Assembly (NCBI GenBank): GCA_951406725.2
Contig: OX597828.1
Location: forward strand, 19,840,001 to 19,904,000
DNA length: 64,000 nt
Source of the DNA: Octopus vulgaris
Taxonomy: Eukaryota
Reading direction: 5' to 3'
Below, one piece after another: positions 58,487-64,000 of the stretch. The notes beneath the pieces are model-generated. The model was not told the origin of the DNA. It worked only from the letters and a program-made list of their open reading frames with translations, and made no database searches. The translations under genes and the position numbers were made by a program. Every line of letters starts with the position of its first letter. Position 1 is the first letter of the stretch.

Positions 58487-59748
58487 AATACACATGCATA
58501 CATGTCTAAATACACATATACACACAGAGTGACACACAAGCATATTACATATATAAGTATGTGTGTGGGGGTGTACGTGTGTGTGTGTATGCATATGCAT
58601 ATATATAAATATATACATATATACATATATATATACACATGCATATACACGAACACCCATACACACACAGAGCCATACAGACACGCACACATATATACAT
58701 ATCTCTCTATATATATATGCATATGCATTTATATATAGTTAACTGTTCCATCAACGAAAGTACGCTATCCAGCCAGAGTTAAATATCATTTATTGTACAC
58801 AATATAAAGATACGATCAACTAACAGTGTCTTCATGTGAAGGCACGTGTCTAGGCAGGTTTTTGCAACACGCATTGTGTCTCCAAACTTTCTCTGGGCTC
58901 TGAGTTGATGGTCTGTTCTATTTCAGTATCAAGACGCTGGTACATGAGAAACCACAAGAAAAAAAAAACGAGAAGAACGTAGATGCAAAAAGTGGAAAGG
59001 TGAAAAAGAACCCGGGAAAGAAAATTAAAAAAAAAAAAAGAATTAAAGTTACGTCCCATAAAGTTACTTTCCCTGATGAGCCAAGACCAGATTCTCTCTA
59101 GATATTATTAATTTTATCTTTAATGTTACTAAAATAGCTGGAAAAATTTAAACAATCAACACACACACACACATTTAAAAGCTCTCTAAAACAATTTCAT
59201 AGATTTCTTTTTTTCTACACCTGGACAACAAAGTGCAGTCAGTCATTCACTGAATAAAAGAAATTTGTCACAATTGATTAAAAACATGGACATCATTCAT
59301 TGATTTGTCATCAATCACAATCATTCCAGAAAAAAGCATATCTTTCTTTCTTTCTTACTTCCTTTCCTTCCTTCTTTCTTTCTTTCTTTAACCAAACTTC
59401 AAACAACCTTTCATAAATGCTTTGTTTAAAAATTCACCTCACACACATAATTACACACATATACCTACGTACACATGTATACACAAACATACCCGTTCGT
59501 ATAGTTTCAAAATGACAAAGAACATCACAAGACACCACTCTCAAATCATCCTTTTTCTAAAGAAAACAAATTCAACTCCATATTTTTCAAATAGTTCACA
59601 CACATATATATATAAAGGTATAAATTTTCTATAAAACAACTCGTACATGATGAATCCTTAAAACTATGAAAGAGCTAATTAATTAATTTTTCTTAAAAGA
59701 TTACAATCGTTCTCTTAATGTTTTTGCACATTTTCATCTATCTGCATG

Positions 59749-59832
<84 letters not shown>

Positions 59833-59856
59833 GCTATCTATCTATCTAGCTATCTA

Positions 59857-60903
59857 TCTCAAGCAACTCTGCCGTCCCGGGTCGACCTTGAGTGACTTCA
59901 ACACAACCAAAGCATTCTATAGGGGATTAGTGGAGGGGAGGTACGACGACGATCTTGGGGCAAACCTGGGCGTCAACGAGGAATACCTGACCCGCCTGTT
60001 TGAAACGACTTTCGGCCCGGGACCTATGGACAACTTCCAGAGATCCCTGGCCTGGCGGTGCTACCGAGAAGCGCTACCCGTTCGGGATAAGCTCTATAGG
60101 CATAGCTCGAGAAACACGGGGCCGACCTGCCCGAGATGCGGGCAGAGCGACGAAACCGCTCTGCACGCAATCGTGCAGTGTCCAGCAATTTCCGACCTGT
60201 GGGCTTATGTCGAACGACTGCTGTCACGTGTGGGACGTGTCGGTTTATCAGCCGAGTCTATCGTTAATATCGTCACGCCACCTTCCTTCAAACGGGAAGG
60301 AAGAGCTATTTTTATCATACTTGTGGCTATGGTGAAAGAATGTATCTGGTGGACGCGCCTGAAAGGATTAGAGACAAACGCTTTCCTCTCTGGTCAATCT
60401 CTCATCAACTTCTTCAAGTATCACTTGAATAGGAAAGTGAGAGTAGAGAGGCAAGTTTTGTCTAGTGAATGTTTAAAAAAAGATGGGTGAATGTAGCAAG
60501 GATGGCACGTATGAATGACGAAGCCACCTTGACTATGATTCTATGAACCGTAAAAATTAATACAGAGAGTTGCTTATTTGCAAAAGAAAAGAAGAAATAT
60601 AACATGTGACTTCCTTGACCGAGGTTACCGTGGTCTTTTCCGTAGGCTTTTCTTTCCACGGGTAAACCTCACCTGTCCTCCCTTTTACACTTCATATTGA
60701 CATTTCTGTGATAACGATCCCTATTGATCAATTTTCCCCCCCTTTCTCTTTTTTTTATTCCCCCCTTTTTTTGTCCTCTTTCTTTCCCTTTACGATCCCT
60801 TTTGATCGAAAACCAAACCCCCTTTTTTTACCCCCAAAAGAAAAGCTCTACCTTGTAATTTGTCCTGTCTGTGTGCAGCCCTGTGTGGCTAATAAAGAAA
60901 CAT
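59857..60903 (+). mobile_element. 5'-truncated Tx1/L1-like LINE flanked by (TCTA)n on both sides
   Basis: ORF 59888-60490 closely similar to copies 1 and 2; same 3' end ctaataaagaaacat. Confidence 0.88.
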
Positions 60904-60904
60904 G

Positions 60905-60989
<85 letters not shown>

Positions 60990-61176
60990 TTGCTCGTTCT
61001 TTATTTTACTTGTCTTGTTTTCCATTTGTTCCTCTCCATGTTTTTGTATTTCGTAATTTATGTTGCTTACGTTTTATGACGTCCCGTACCTATAAATGCA
61101 TATGTATATTCATATATATATATGTATTTACATATATGTACGTAGATATGCATATATATTATTTTTATTGTTATTA

Positions 61177-61226
<50 letters not shown>

Positions 61227-61227
61227 G

Positions 61228-61298
<71 letters not shown>

Positions 61299-61309
61299 GT
61301 CTCTCTCTT

Positions 61310-61427
<118 letters not shown>

Positions 61428-61766
61428 CACACACACACACACATATATATATATATGCATATACGTATATATACATTTAGCCCTGTATACAAACATATTA
61501 ATTCACGCACACATACAACCACTCACAGATACATGTACGCTTACAAACAGAAACAGGAGAACACAAAATCAGTAGAACGTTGCTATTGTTACGAAACGTT
61601 TTCGAAGACGAAGCTGCATGGTTTTATGTTGATTTTGTCACTGTTTTAAGCTTTCTTCTGACATATTATAGAAGTGAATTTATTGCTGTAGAGACCGAAA
61701 TAATCTTTTAGGATTTAGATGTTATTCAGTTCTACTTCAATTTACGACTGTCTACATGTCTGTCAC

Positions 61767-61862
<96 letters not shown>

Positions 61863-61919
61863 ACTATTCTATAGTTTGTGCGAGCATGTTTTTCTCGTAG
61901 GATATAGAATGCGTACGTT

Positions 61920-61952
<33 letters not shown>

Positions 61953-62016
61953 TTGTAGACGTATATGTATATATATATATATATATATACATTTATATAA
62001 GTAGATAGATAGATAG

Positions 62017-62351
62017 GCGCAAGCGTGGCTGTGTGGCAAAAAGCTTGCTTCCCAGTCACATGGTTCCGGGTTCAGTTCTATTGCGTAGCACCTTGGGATG
62101 CTGTCTTTTATTATAACATCTGCCCGACAAAGCCTTGTGAGTGGATATGTTTGTGTGTATGTGTTTCTCCCCCCAGCACCACTTGACAACATATTTAGGT
62201 GCATTTATGTCCCCGAAACGTAGCGGTTCGGCAAGTAGTATACGTTCTATCTAGGCTTACAAAGAATAAATCCTGGGGTCGATTAGTTCGACTAAATATG
62301 GCGCTCCAGCATGACTGCAGTCAGATGACTCGAACAAGTAAAAGAGTAAAA

Positions 62352-62352
<1 letters not shown>
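62017..62352 (+). mobile_element. SINE family B, degenerate
   Basis: gtggctgtgtgg...catggttccgggttcag...ccttggg...gaacaagtaaaagag. Confidence 0.72.
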
Positions 62353-62398
<46 letters not shown>

Positions 62399-62399
<1 letters not shown>

Positions 62400-62610
62400 C
62401 GGGAGGCTTTATGAAAATAAACAAAAGACGAAGGCAGGTGGAAAACAAACGAACAATTGTATTAGTATGGCGCTCAGGAAATATAAGTAAAACAAGTCTT
62501 TAACGTTTCGAGCCTACGCTCTTCAACAGAAAGATACACAGAGAGAGAAAAACACAGAAAGAAGGAGAGAAAAAAATGCGTGCAGTAGCTAACGAATCAA
62601 CATGGCGATC
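62399..62610 (-). mobile_element. Solo PLE terminus with hammerhead motif (62496-62534), within (TA)n
   Basis: Nearly identical to 44819-45030 (two differences seen by eye); (TA)n on both sides. Confidence 0.88.
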
Positions 62611-62648
62611 TATATATATATATATATATACATACATACATATATGTA

Positions 62649-62681
<33 letters not shown>

Positions 62682-63625
62682 GTATATATATATACATATA
62701 TGTATATATATATATACATATATGTATACATATATATATATATATATATATACATATATGTATATATATATACATATATGTATATATATATATATATGCA
62801 TACATATACACACACAAACGTACACACACAAACACACACACACACATACACACATAAATGTGTAAATATCTAACTCCATATGTATACGCATATTTAAAGC
62901 TAGTTGTCTTTTCTCGTATTGATATAACATATCTAGTGGCAATCCAGGTTAAGTGTGTGTCACTGAATTCATCAATATCCAGGTGAGACACACAAGTAAA
63001 TCTGTACAAATAATCCAAAAGAAAACAAAAAAAAACCTGTGCAAAGTCAATATAATAACGTCGTGAAATATGACTAAGAGAAAATAAATCGACGCTTCAA
63101 ATAATGTTCCTTCGTCAATATAGAACAGGAATAACAAAAATGAAAAGAAACTACAAACACGACTTTTGACGTGAAACGCCATTCGCATGAATAGAAACTC
63201 ATTCTTTGAAACGCATACAAGTAACAGACACAATTACAGACGAGCTGACACAATCATACACAGGGTCTGTAGAATCAAGCATTGGGTATAAATCGCAACC
63301 AAAATTCTAATTATATGAACTTTCAGTTGATATTGGGAAATATATATATAGCTGCCTTCAGACATTTGGTTAGACGTGAATTTATCGCTGAGGAAATTAA
63401 TATCTTTTTCGATTGAGATACTGAGTTTGTATTCCTTTGTTCGGTACTCGACCGTTTGTTTATCTCTCCATCCATCTGTTTGCCTGTCTGTCTGTCTGTC
63501 TGTCTGTCTATCTCTTTACTGTTAGTCTGCCTCTCTCTCTATATACACACACATATACATACACACACGCACACACACATACACAGACACAAACACACAT
63601 ATATATAAATTATATACAAAGACAG

Positions 63626-63676
<51 letters not shown>

Positions 63677-64000
63677 AATTCATATCTATATTTATATATA
63701 TATATCAAATGAAATAAAAAACAGAACACAAAAGATGTTGTGGTACACATTTCATTTGATATATATATCCTCTCACCTCTGCTACTAGCTGGCATATACA
63801 GGTGCTTATACTTATCAAGTATATCTATCTATCTATCTATCTATTTATCTGTCTATCAATAGATATAGATATAGTGAGAAAGAGAGAGAGTGAGAGAATG
63901 AAGAGACATACATATGAGGGTCATAATTTCTCTTTCCTGTCGTTCATAACCCGTAATATGGAAGCGCTTGACCTGGATGTTGGGTTGCTGCAATCAAGAT

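Noticed and set aside
59072-59100. CTGATGAG as a possible hammerhead core
   Set aside because: No downstream stem II and GAAA.

Overview
Repeat-dense, AT-rich eukaryotic (animal) DNA. The SINE and microsatellite repertoire resembles an octopus/cephalopod genome, which is an inference from recall. The only host coding sequence I can support is the first coding exon of a class A (rhodopsin-like) neuropeptide-type GPCR on the minus strand (3539->3065, phase-1 GT donor). The rest of that gene should lie left of the window, and the remaining ~60 kb is upstream or intronic. That space holds Tx1/L1-like LINE 3' ends, a near-full-length R4/Dong-like REL LINE, an RTE fragment, a young Penelope-like element (PLE) with short PLE termini, several tRNA-derived SINE families, an internally deleted 5S rRNA copy and many microsatellites. 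Almost all listed ORFs are microsatellite artefacts. The strongest leads are: (1) a ~200-nt PLE-terminus family carrying a minimal, dimer-type hammerhead ribozyme with a non-canonical core (CUGUUGA/CUGUGGA) next to (TA)n tracts; (2) apparent partitioning of microsatellite targets among retroelements (Tx1 with (TCTA)n, PLE with (TA)n, Dong-like with (TAA)n); (3) a deleted 5S gene joined head-to-tail to a tRNA-SINE.
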